From positions 24,828-88,827 of IMG/VR virus record IMGVR_UViG_3300002026_000008: a stretch of DNA of 64,000 bases, one strand, 5' to 3'. This DNA is from a virus. Lineage: Duplodnaviria > Caudoviricetes. Under the pieces are notes generated by a model. It searched no databases. It saw nothing but the letters and a program-made list of their open reading frames with translations, and was not told the DNA's origin. The position numbers and the translations under genes were made by a program. This document shows, one piece after another, positions 50,143-58,766 of the stretch (the first letter of the stretch is position 1; each line of letters opens with the position of its first letter).

Positions 50143-50559
50143 ATGAAATCATATGGCAATTTAGAATTAGCTGAAGGTTCAGATATCGTCAATATGACGG
50201 TTGCAACTGGTACAACATTACCGGCTACAACTGCTAATATCGCTGAACTATTCTATAAAACGGGAACTGCAGCTGGACTTTATGTCTATAACGGAAGTTC
50301 TTGGACTAATTTATCATTAGCCGCTTCAGGTGGCAATACTTTGAGTTATGCTTATCAACAAAGCACTGCCTCTACTACATGGAATATTAACCATAATTTA
50401 AACACTACAAATATTACGTATAGCTTTATGGTTTATGTAAGCAGCACGTTAACACCAATTATGCCATCAGCTTTAAGCATAATTGATGCTAACAATATCA
50501 CGGTAACCTTTTCTGTTGCTTATACTGGAACTGCTACCATTGTTGGATCACTTGCATAA
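50143..50559 (+). CDS. Small virion/tail-fibre-associated protein on opposite strand
   Basis: LFYKT..GLYVYNGSSW and WNINHNLNT module shared with 58767..61793; ATAAATA at 50105-50111. Confidence 0.65.
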   Translation: MKSYGNLELAEGSDIVNMTVATGTTLPATTANIAELFYKTGTAAGLYVYNGSSWTNLSLAASGGNTLSYAYQQSTASTTWNINHNLNTTNITYSFMVYVSSTLTPIMPSALSIIDANNITVTFSVAYTGTATIVGSLA

Positions 50560-51462
50560 CCGTTCTCTTGGTGCACAACCGAAACAGACATCAATAAGAT
50601 TCTTCCAATAATTTGGAAGACGATAATACTGAAGTGGTTGTCTAATGTCAGCTGGCGAACAATTGTAATCTTCTCGCCATACTTTCTCATACGCTATTAA
50701 CTGTTGACGAATAATATCGTTATAAACCATTTCTTGCATAATGATCTCATTTGCCATCGGGTCTTCATGGATGCATTTTTTAGCCATGTCATAATGTGTA
50801 TCATACAAGTGCATTGAATGTGATTCATGGATGTATTCACCGAGAGTTAGATCACTAAACAATTCAATCTGCTTAAGTTCACATAACATCATTTCTTGAA
50901 GCATTGTGAATTGAAAAACATCATTGCAAAAACCTAGGATGATATCATTCGATCTCATTGTAACGATCAATACCAACTTGCTTTCACGAATAAACCACTG
51001 AAGATTCAAAGTACATGGTACATCTTTAGTTGATCGCGTATAGTCATATGGTAAATTGATATGCATCATTGCTTGACGGGTATCTCTATCTGCAACTAAT
51101 GCTCGCTTTACTTTTTCCCATTGATTATATGGAATAAGTGTGGCTGGGGCATAACCTAGCAACCGATAACCGTAATTTGAATTAACAGAACCATCATCAG
51201 CGGCAATTTGTTTCCAAAACGGTGCATACCTGGCAATTGTTGCAGACTGAGGATCACCCGACATATACCAAAACAATTCTGCTAATAGATACCGAAACTT
51301 CAAATCACGACTAGGCAATGTGACAATACGATCTCTCGGATTGCTGATACGAAGTTGATACCCTAACAGTTCCTTACATTTTAATCCACGTGGTGAGATA
51401 TCATATCCCATTTCCATAATCTGGTCCACACACTCCACGAATTCGATATTTAATTCTGACAT
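50548..51462 (-). CDS. Thymidylate-synthase-family dCMP hydroxymethylase/hydroxylase
   Basis: SNYGYR, DTRQA, KDVPCT, MRSNDIILGFCND: Asp at the specificity position, as in T4 gp42 (GFRND), not the Asn of ThyA. Confidence 0.85.
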   Translation of the reverse strand: MSELNIEFVECVDQIMEMGYDISPRGLKCKELLGYQLRISNPRDRIVTLPSRDLKFRYLLAELFWYMSGDPQSATIARYAPFWKQIAADDGSVNSNYGYRLLGYAPATLIPYNQWEKVKRALVADRDTRQAMMHINLPYDYTRSTKDVPCTLNLQWFIRESKLVLIVTMRSNDIILGFCNDVFQFTMLQEMMLCELKQIELFSDLTLGEYIHESHSMHLYDTHYDMAKKCIHEDPMANEIIMQEMVYNDIIRQQLIAYEKVWREDYNCSPADIRQPLQYYRLPNYWKNLIDVCFGCAPRERLCK

Positions 51463-51471
51463 TTTATTCCT

Positions 51472-51954
51472 TTATTGTTTGAGATCGTCGATACGGTGGT
51501 CTGACATACCATATCGGTAAATGATAGTTGAAAACTTGTCTATCATTTGTTGTGTCACTTCAACCATTTGGGTTTCAGCAATATAGGTAGTCGGATTGAT
51601 GATTGTTTGTTCAACAGTTTGACCTAACTTACCAGCAATGCTAGCTAATATTTCTCTATTATGAAATAATGTAACATATGGATGTAGATAATCACTGAGG
51701 GTGGTATCAATGAATGATTTATCAGTACCAATATCTGCTAAATTGATTTTTCTGCAGACAGCCGTAACGGTCATTTCATCAGTGATAGCTTCAGGATTTT
51801 CAAAATCCTTAAGAAGCTTGCCATTTTTTGCTATGGCAACTGGATATTTTAAACTATCACCTAATCGCAATCGTGGATTATCCTTAAGAATTTTCTGTGT
51901 GATAATATCGTGAAGTTCAATATCACTCAATTTTATTGCATCTTCTGGTTTCAT
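51472..51954 (-). CDS. Hypothetical protein
   Basis: 160 aa ORF. Confidence 0.55.
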   Translation of the reverse strand: MKPEDAIKLSDIELHDIITQKILKDNPRLRLGDSLKYPVAIAKNGKLLKDFENPEAITDEMTVTAVCRKINLADIGTDKSFIDTTLSDYLHPYVTLFHNREILASIAGKLGQTVEQTIINPTTYIAETQMVEVTQQMIDKFSTIIYRYGMSDHRIDDLKQ

Positions 51955-51955
51955 A

Positions 51956-52426
51956 TTATTCCTTTAGCGATCGTAATGGTTTTTGCCATGCAACCTTAAC
52001 ACATTCAACTTTAAGGTTTTTATCATGGTTAATTGTTGTGATATTGGGCACACAATCATCTAAAAGAACACATACTTCATCTTTAAACGTAGCATCACAA
52101 AATTCTATAAATGCTCGTTTTTTGCCCCATACTGATATAAATTCACGTACATCGAATTGTGCACATAAATGTAGCAATACGATTCTGCGAATTTCTTCCA
52201 CTGTCCAAACTCTTGTTACTTTGATCTTGAATGCACGCTCGATCATTTCTTTCATCGTGGTATTGAAATAATCTCTATCTGCTTCATTCCAACAGGCAAA
52301 TGAAAAGATTTCGATTTCTGTGACGTTATGCTCAGTGATCCAGCCAGATACCCTACTCACATTAGTGAGAATGGCATCGTGCCAGTTTGTGATCAATGTT
52401 TCCTCTAAATCGCAAAAAACTCTCAT
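51956..52426 (-). CDS. HAD-like phosphatase (tentative)
   Basis: VFCDLEETL motif I-like and LLDD motif IV-like. Confidence 0.55.
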   Translation of the reverse strand: MRVFCDLEETLITNWHDAILTNVSRVSGWITEHNVTEIEIFSFACWNEADRDYFNTTMKEMIERAFKIKVTRVWTVEEIRRIVLLHLCAQFDVREFISVWGKKRAFIEFCDATFKDEVCVLLDDCVPNITTINHDKNLKVECVKVAWQKPLRSLKE

Positions 52427-52455
52427 AACTATTTCGCTCTATTCAATGATAGATC

Positions 52456-52485
52456 ATTATATCATAAGCGAAACGAGTTGTAAAC
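52456..52485 (-). promoter_or_regulatory. Early promoter upstream of HAD/dCMP-modifying block
   Basis: GTTTACA-17 nt-TATAAT. Confidence 0.75.
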
Positions 52486-52499
52486 TAAAATTGAAATTG

Positions 52500-54440
52500 T
52501 TATACTTTGAAAATGCTCACGGTTTCTTTAAGCTTCACTGATAATGATTGCAAAGTGTTTGCGCCATTGTACACCTCATTAACACCGGCACTATTTTCTT
52601 CATTCAAATTTGCGAGCATTTCAACACTTGCGGCTATCTGTTCACTAGAAGAACTCTGTTCTTTAAGAGCATTTGAAATTTCACTAATAGTGTCAATCAC
52701 TTTAACTGTTTCACCGTATATTTTCTGCATGCTTTCGCCTGCAATACTTGCATGTGATACACAATTATTAACTTGACTGGCACTATCCTTGATACCAACA
52801 ACGGCAGCTGCCGTTGATTTTTGAATTGCTTCGATCATAACTGCAATTTCTTGAGTTGATATAGCTGTTCTTTCAGCTAATTTGCGTACCTCATCAGCCA
52901 CAACTGCAAATCCACGTCCTTGATCTCCAGCTCTAGCAGCCTCAATTGCAGCATTTAGTGCTAATAGCTTTGTCTGACCTGCGATATCCTTAATCACGTT
53001 GACTATTTCAGAAATCTGTTTCGAGCTATTAGCTAATTCTTCAATCATATCAGCAGCTTTATTTACTGCAATTGAACTAGTTTTCAATTCGGTAACCGTG
53101 TTATTGACCGCTTCCGTGCATTCTAACGACATTTGTCCCGTCCGTTCTGCTAATGTGCTAGAGTCTTGAGCATTATCGGTTACCTGTTTAATGCTTACCG
53201 TTATTTCTTCTAAGGTTGCGGCAATAGATGATGTAGAATCATTTTGTTGTTCAACACTGACAGATACTCGTTTAGCAGTATCAACTAATCCTATAGAAGA
53301 CGTTTCCAAGGTGTCAGCACTTTCATTTATGTTTTTGACTATTGTGCGTAGTCCTTCTTGCATACTACTTAATGCACATATAACACTACCATCTTTAGCA
53401 CCATCTAAATTAACAGGTGTACGTAAATCACCATTAGCAATAACTGTTGCTATGTCAACAGCTTTTTTAGGTTCGCCACCAAGAGGAACCAAAACAAGCC
53501 TGTTAAGCATAACTATCACAAGACTTATGAGTAAAAAGCAAGCAGTAATACCAGTAATTACTATCAGCATTATTCTACCACGCATCATATTATTTGCTTC
53601 TTCTTTGGAATATGCAGCATGAACAGTAAAGCCCCAGGCGGCAAACTCTTTTTCGGATACTTTCCAATTCTCAGCATCTTTTAAATGTGCAGCAATAGCT
53701 TCTTCATTTATGTGTGAAGAATGAAATCGTATTTTTCCTTTATTGTCTGTAATAGAAATAAATCCTTGTGTCAACACTTTGCTGTTATCAACAATAGATT
53801 TCAAATTATCAACATTAACCTTATATCCAACATGCCAAATACCGATGGTATTATTAGCTGCATTTTTAATTGGGGTGTATCCTGTTAAAAATGGGTTACC
53901 GAGAATATCAACCATACCGAAATATTGTTGGTCGCTATTAATAGCAGCATATGCTTTGCCAGTCTTATCCAATACTGTACCAACTGCGCGTGTTCCATCA
54001 TCTTTCATCACATTTGTGGATATTCTAACATAATCATCACCCTGCTTTGTGAAAACGGTAGATGTGCCACCAAGAAGATTTTTGATATTATCAACAAGTT
54101 TGAAATTATTTGCGATAGCAATTGAACCTAATACTAGATCGTTGACAGATTTATCACCAACCTTAACTTCAGGACCCGTAACTGCTTCTCCTAATTGTTC
54201 ACCCTGATTTATTAACACCTTCATGGATGACTGTGTTTGATCCATTATCAACTTATCTGTCACTTCCAACATATTAACTATTTTCGTTAACTGTTTCTCT
54301 TGCTCTATGTTTAGCTCATTTTTAATCCGAGTATTCTCAAATAATGTGAATGCTATTGATCCGCTTAGAATAAACACAGTAATGAACAGTGATATGGATG
54401 TTATAAATCTAAATTTTAAACTCTTGTTATTAAAAAACAT
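52500..54440 (-). CDS. Methyl-accepting chemotaxis protein (TM-Cache-TM-HAMP-MA)
   Basis: Two TM helices; Cache_3/Cache_2-like sensor ([36 protein letters not shown]); [34 protein letters not shown]. Confidence 0.96.
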   Translation of the reverse strand: MFFNNKSLKFRFITSISLFITVFILSGSIAFTLFENTRIKNELNIEQEKQLTKIVNMLEVTDKLIMDQTQSSMKVLINQGEQLGEAVTGPEVKVGDKSVNDLVLGSIAIANNFKLVDNIKNLLGGTSTVFTKQGDDYVRISTNVMKDDGTRAVGTVLDKTGKAYAAINSDQQYFGMVDILGNPFLTGYTPIKNAANNTIGIWHVGYKVNVDNLKSIVDNSKVLTQGFISITDNKGKIRFHSSHINEEAIAAHLKDAENWKVSEKEFAAWGFTVHAAYSKEEANNMMRGRIMLIVITGITACFLLISLVIVMLNRLVLVPLGGEPKKAVDIATVIANGDLRTPVNLDGAKDGSVICALSSMQEGLRTIVKNINESADTLETSSIGLVDTAKRVSVSVEQQNDSTSSIAATLEEITVSIKQVTDNAQDSSTLAERTGQMSLECTEAVNNTVTELKTSSIAVNKAADMIEELANSSKQISEIVNVIKDIAGQTKLLALNAAIEAARAGDQGRGFAVVADEVRKLAERTAISTQEIAVMIEAIQKSTAAAVVGIKDSASQVNNCVSHASIAGESMQKIYGETVKVIDTISEISNALKEQSSSSEQIAASVEMLANLNEENSAGVNEVYNGANTLQSLSVKLKETVSIFKV

Positions 54441-54452
54441 ATTCTACCTCTT

Positions 54453-55349
54453 TTATAATTTTGCGTAATTTTCAAAACCAGCGTCAATCAATTCACGCTG
54501 ACAATCCATAATACCTTGACGGCCTTTACCTAGGTGTTTATTAAGAATAGATAACCACTGTGGTACAGAGGTTGTACCGCTCTGACCCGCAAAACTCTGA
54601 CCTAGCATTTCAATTGGTGTTAAATTATTAAGAAGTAAAACACCTAAGACATGTGATGTGATACTGCTAGTTTTTAACATAACTAGTGATGTGAGATTTG
54701 GAAATGTTTTTTCGATACCTTTAAATGATGTCGCTGCAGTATCGCCTAATACCAGATACTTTACTCCACTGTAAATTTGATCACCGGTGAATACATTGAT
54801 TTTATCTAACCGGTAAATTGTTAGATTTTCTAATGCAACTATTTCTGAAATCTTAGGCATACTTTGTAAATTTTGGCAAGACGATATTGAAAGGGTCTTA
54901 ACTTTATGTATATCAGAAATCTTAGTTAAATTTTCACAGGATTTAATTTCTAATTTGTCAGAATTAACTGGCGCTGTAAGTGTTTTAAGTTTTGAGCATT
55001 TGGATAATTCTAAGGTGCTTACAAAAGAAGGCATATTTTTAGTATTTGATAACTCTGGTAATGATTTTAATACTAATTTACCTAACACTACTGAATGTTT
55101 ACCAAAAGGTAATTTGGTGACTTTGCCACCATTTAATTCAAAATCTTTAGCACACATAACAAAGTTATACGGAATATCTGTGTCTAGTTCTGATACCATA
55201 AGATCACTTGACAAATGAATACTTTCATCATAACTATTCCAGTGAATACCATGTCTAACATCAGTAAACATATCCCCGTGATCATGAAACCACTGTTGGA
55301 TTTCTTGTGTTTTTTCCGTAGACTCTGTTAAAAATTGTGTAAATTTCAT
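54453..55349 (-). CDS. LRR-like repeat protein, paralogue C
   Basis: MKFTQFLTE; L.IKSCENLTKI / LSISSCQNLQSM repeats; ILNKHLGKGRQGIMDCQRELIDAGFENYAKL. Confidence 0.8.
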   Translation of the reverse strand: MKFTQFLTESTEKTQEIQQWFHDHGDMFTDVRHGIHWNSYDESIHLSSDLMVSELDTDIPYNFVMCAKDFELNGGKVTKLPFGKHSVVLGKLVLKSLPELSNTKNMPSFVSTLELSKCSKLKTLTAPVNSDKLEIKSCENLTKISDIHKVKTLSISSCQNLQSMPKISEIVALENLTIYRLDKINVFTGDQIYSGVKYLVLGDTAATSFKGIEKTFPNLTSLVMLKTSSITSHVLGVLLLNNLTPIEMLGQSFAGQSGTTSVPQWLSILNKHLGKGRQGIMDCQRELIDAGFENYAKL

Positions 55350-55888
55350 AATTGTGCAAACTCCGGATATCCTGCTTCTATTAATTCTTGTTGAGCATCC
55401 ATAACACTTTGACGACCTTTACCTAAATGTTTATTGAGAATTGTTTCAATTGGATAAAGTTTATGTTTTTCACGAAATGGTACTGCTTCAGTTATGTAAA
55501 TGGCTGTTACGCCTTTAATCAATAAGACACCTAACACATCTGATTTTATTGGGTTATTCGTTAAATCGATTTTACCATATACTCCTAAAATGGATTTATG
55601 AATATTATGCAATGATGTGAATTTGTTATCTTCAATATACATTGCACCTTTTACATATTTAGGAAAATTATCAAATGATGTTAAAGCATTATCATAAGCG
55701 AAAAAATTCCCATTAATTGTTTCTGGTAACTGGATAGGTATCCTTGTCATCATTTTTTTACCGAGTGCAGCTATATTAAGTTCATTAACGGGTGGTACAT
55801 TATATGCGCGCAACGCCATCTCTAATGCTATCTCATAATCAAATGGGGTATCATTTCGTTTTGTTTCAAAAAGTTCAGACAATTTCAT
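55346..55888 (-). CDS. LRR-like repeat protein, paralogue D
   Basis: MKLSELFE; NALTSFDNFPKYVKG; ILNKHLGKGRQSVMDAQQELIEAGYPEFAQL. Confidence 0.8.
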   Translation of the reverse strand: MKLSELFETKRNDTPFDYEIALEMALRAYNVPPVNELNIAALGKKMMTRIPIQLPETINGNFFAYDNALTSFDNFPKYVKGAMYIEDNKFTSLHNIHKSILGVYGKIDLTNNPIKSDVLGVLLIKGVTAIYITEAVPFREKHKLYPIETILNKHLGKGRQSVMDAQQELIEAGYPEFAQL

Positions 55889-56448
55889 AGCTTTGCGAAC
55901 TCCGGATATCCTGCATTTATTAATTCCTCTTGCGCTTCCATGACAGCATTATTACCATTACCTAAATGTCTATTTAGAATTTTTTCTATTTGAGCTAAAA
56001 TTTTATCATCCTTGCCTTTAGCAGTGCTGGATACTAAAACTATTTTCTTCAAATTCTTGATGAGTAATAATCCTAACACATTTGATTTGATAGGATTATA
56101 ACCTAATAGAATACCATCTTTTCCAGTAATTTCAGTAATGTGCTTATGAATATCCTTTAACGAAGTAAAGTTATTATCAGATACATCTAAGCCACCATTT
56201 GTTATAATCTTAGGAAAATTGTTAAATGAGCTAAGTTTATTTCCATTTAACCAAATAGATTTATTGAATGTTTCAGGAAATATATTAGGTGGTAACTCTT
56301 TCATTTTACTATCACCTAATGAGCTAAGTATTAATCCAAATGCAGGTATAGGTTCTGCCAATTTTTCCTTAATCATTTCTGCATAGTCGTTGCGTAAATC
56401 ACTAGTATGACTATATGGACCCTCTTGTAAGTATTCTTTGAATCTCAT
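55885..56448 (-). CDS. LRR-like repeat protein, paralogue E
   Basis: Start MRFKEYLQE overlaps upstream TGA; NKLSSFNNFPK; MEAQEELINAGYPEFAKL. Confidence 0.8.
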   Translation of the reverse strand: MRFKEYLQEGPYSHTSDLRNDYAEMIKEKLAEPIPAFGLILSSLGDSKMKELPPNIFPETFNKSIWLNGNKLSSFNNFPKIITNGGLDVSDNNFTSLKDIHKHITEITGKDGILLGYNPIKSNVLGLLLIKNLKKIVLVSSTAKGKDDKILAQIEKILNRHLGNGNNAVMEAQEELINAGYPEFAKL

Positions 56449-57014
56449 AATTGCGCAAACTCCGGATAATCCGCATCTATTAATGCACGTTGACAATCAA
56501 ATATACCTTCTTTACCTCTAGGTAAATAAGTATTCATAATTCTTTCTAATACTTTATCCGTGAATTTAACAGTCTTCAAATCACTTATTAAACATAAACC
56601 TAGAATATGTGAATCTATGGGGCACATATTAAAATTAGCGCTGCCCTTAATGTAATGAATATGCTTATGGATATTATGCAACGATTTAATAGGGTTATGG
56701 GAACAATCAAGTTCTTTACCGATATATGTAGGTGCACCTTTAAGAGATTTTAACTCATTAATATAGCAGTGAAAATTCCCTGTCACTGATTCTGGTCCAC
56801 CTACTAATGAAGTGATATTATTATTCGAACAATCAAAATCACCATTAATATCTCGTGGTGACCCTTCAATAGAAGTTAATCCTAAATCATTAGCATTAAA
56901 CTTTCTATTCCAATGTCTATCTTTGATGCTTGGGGTGATAATAATGGCACTAATAACCTTACCATAAAGGTTAACCTTTTCAACTTCTTCAGTTATATAT
57001 TCTTTGAATCTCAT
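56445..57014 (-). CDS. LRR-like repeat protein, paralogue F
   Basis: MRFKEYITE; FDCSNNNITSLVGGPESVTGNFHC; DCQRALIDADYPEFAQL. Confidence 0.82.
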   Translation of the reverse strand: MRFKEYITEEVEKVNLYGKVISAIIITPSIKDRHWNRKFNANDLGLTSIEGSPRDINGDFDCSNNNITSLVGGPESVTGNFHCYINELKSLKGAPTYIGKELDCSHNPIKSLHNIHKHIHYIKGSANFNMCPIDSHILGLCLISDLKTVKFTDKVLERIMNTYLPRGKEGIFDCQRALIDADYPEFAQL

Positions 57015-57709
57015 AATTGTGCAAACTCCTCATATCCAGCATCAATCAATTCGCGTTGCGCATCCATAACACTTTGACGACCTTTACCCAAATGCCTGTT
57101 CAGAATATTTTGGATATATTTATTATTCATCTCTATGTGTATTACCCCATCAATTAGCAATAACCCTAATATATGAGAGTCAATGTTATTATCAGCACAG
57201 TGAAATTCACCTTTGATACATTTAATATGTTTATGTATATTTTTTAGTGATGTTAACTGGTTATTAGTACAATAAAAATGACCGGCTATTAAATCAATTT
57301 CACAATCAAATTCTTTTATCATATTGTCATCACAATAAAAATCACCGTTGCATATTTTAGGGGCGTATTTGAGACTTGTCAATTCATTCACCGTACAATC
57401 AAACCAGCCCACCTCAGTAGCAACACCTTCTAATGATGTTAACTTATTACTTTGACAGTTATATTCCTTTGTTACCTTTTCTGGTCCGCCTATTAAATTT
57501 TGCAATTTATTTACATTGCAAGAAAATCCTCCATCAACAATGAATTTCGGACATCCATCTAAACTTGTTATTCCAAACCCAGATAAAGTTAAGCTACCAT
57601 GCCATGTTTTATTTCTCCAATTATTATCTAATTGAACAGGTAATCCATTAGCTCTAAATTTAACAGTAGCAGCAGTTACTTCTTCGAATAAATATTCTCT
57701 AAATCTCAT
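57011..57709 (-). CDS. LRR-like repeat protein, paralogue G
   Basis: MRFREYLFE; about seven 22-aa F.C..N.LTSL repeats; MDAQRELIDAGYEEFAQL. Confidence 0.82.
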   Translation of the reverse strand: MRFREYLFEEVTAATVKFRANGLPVQLDNNWRNKTWHGSLTLSGFGITSLDGCPKFIVDGGFSCNVNKLQNLIGGPEKVTKEYNCQSNKLTSLEGVATEVGWFDCTVNELTSLKYAPKICNGDFYCDDNMIKEFDCEIDLIAGHFYCTNNQLTSLKNIHKHIKCIKGEFHCADNNIDSHILGLLLIDGVIHIEMNNKYIQNILNRHLGKGRQSVMDAQRELIDAGYEEFAQL

Positions 57710-58620
57710 TTGAATTCCTCAAATTCTAATGGCATCTCAAATTTTTCTTTTGCTTGCCGTTTATACAATACTGTTGCTGCTTCCTTCATTGCGGCATTAT
57801 ATTCAGTTTTGCTCAATTTGTTTTTCATAGAATGCAATAGTGATTCAACCGTTTCAATGCTTTTAGTTTTAGTATTTTCACCGAATAATAACACTGCGAA
57901 ATCGTCAGGATTAGTGATTGTATCAGGTGTATCTTTAAATGAATCATTAACACCCATTTGTTCGAGTTCTTTCTTAAGCTGCGCAGGCGTCACATTACCC
58001 ATATTCTTTGTTCTACCTTTACCGTCTTTTCTATTTGTAGTAGATTTGAATAATCGCTCGACACCAGTATCCCATTTAAAACTTCTAGAGGCTCTAGCAA
58101 TCACATTGCCTTCATCATCTTTAATAAGAACATCTTCACCAGGTACAATTTTTTGATGGAGAACGCAGGTCAGTAACTCATTACGAATCAGGTTTTTGAA
58201 CTTTGATTTTCTACCTTCATCATTCTTATAAACAAACTTTGCCCATTTCACATTTGGGACATACATCAAATCTACCTGAATTTTCTTTTTGCCTGCAGTA
58301 ACAGCATAAGATCCAACACCTAACCCACCAAGTACACCTTCACCATTAACCGCTTTCATCATTTTCTTATGTATGTCTTCTTTAGAATATTTGTCCTGTG
58401 GTAATGCGATATCTACATCTCCACTATCATCTCTATAACCCATCATTGTTAAATCTACCGAACCGAGAACATTTGAACGAAGAACACCAACATCAATTCC
58501 TGTATGGTCCGCAACGAATTCGAGACATTTGATAATGTCATCTTTATTAGCACGTTCTGTGCCCCATTTCTTTGTTGCCTTTCCGCCTTCTACTAATAAC
58601 ATTCCCATAAACGTAATCAT
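57706..58620 (-). CDS. Pol-beta-superfamily nucleotidyltransferase
   Basis: LGS-x13-DVD signature (LGSVDLTMMGYRDDSGDVDIAL) and third acid in IQVDLM; ATAAATA upstream at 58665-58671. Confidence 0.7.
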   Translation of the reverse strand: MITFMGMLLVEGGKATKKWGTERANKDDIIKCLEFVADHTGIDVGVLRSNVLGSVDLTMMGYRDDSGDVDIALPQDKYSKEDIHKKMMKAVNGEGVLGGLGVGSYAVTAGKKKIQVDLMYVPNVKWAKFVYKNDEGRKSKFKNLIRNELLTCVLHQKIVPGEDVLIKDDEGNVIARASRSFKWDTGVERLFKSTTNRKDGKGRTKNMGNVTPAQLKKELEQMGVNDSFKDTPDTITNPDDFAVLLFGENTKTKSIETVESLLHSMKNKLSKTEYNAAMKEAATVLYKRQAKEKFEMPLEFEEFK

Positions 58621-58766
58621 CCTGCTAATACTCCTAAATTCATATTATTGTGAAGTTGATGATCTATTTATTAAGTTTGTTAAGCTTTGCAGCAAAATAT
58701 CTGTTGAGCAATAAATAGATCAGTTATTATGAAACTCACTTTTCGCTAGTCGGAGAAATATTAAAA

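Noticed and set aside
52500-54440. MCP as host contamination or prophage boundary
   Set aside because: Flanked tightly by phage genes with a phage-type promoter just downstream, similar AT-richness, and no other host genes or att-like junction seen; read-level check still advised.
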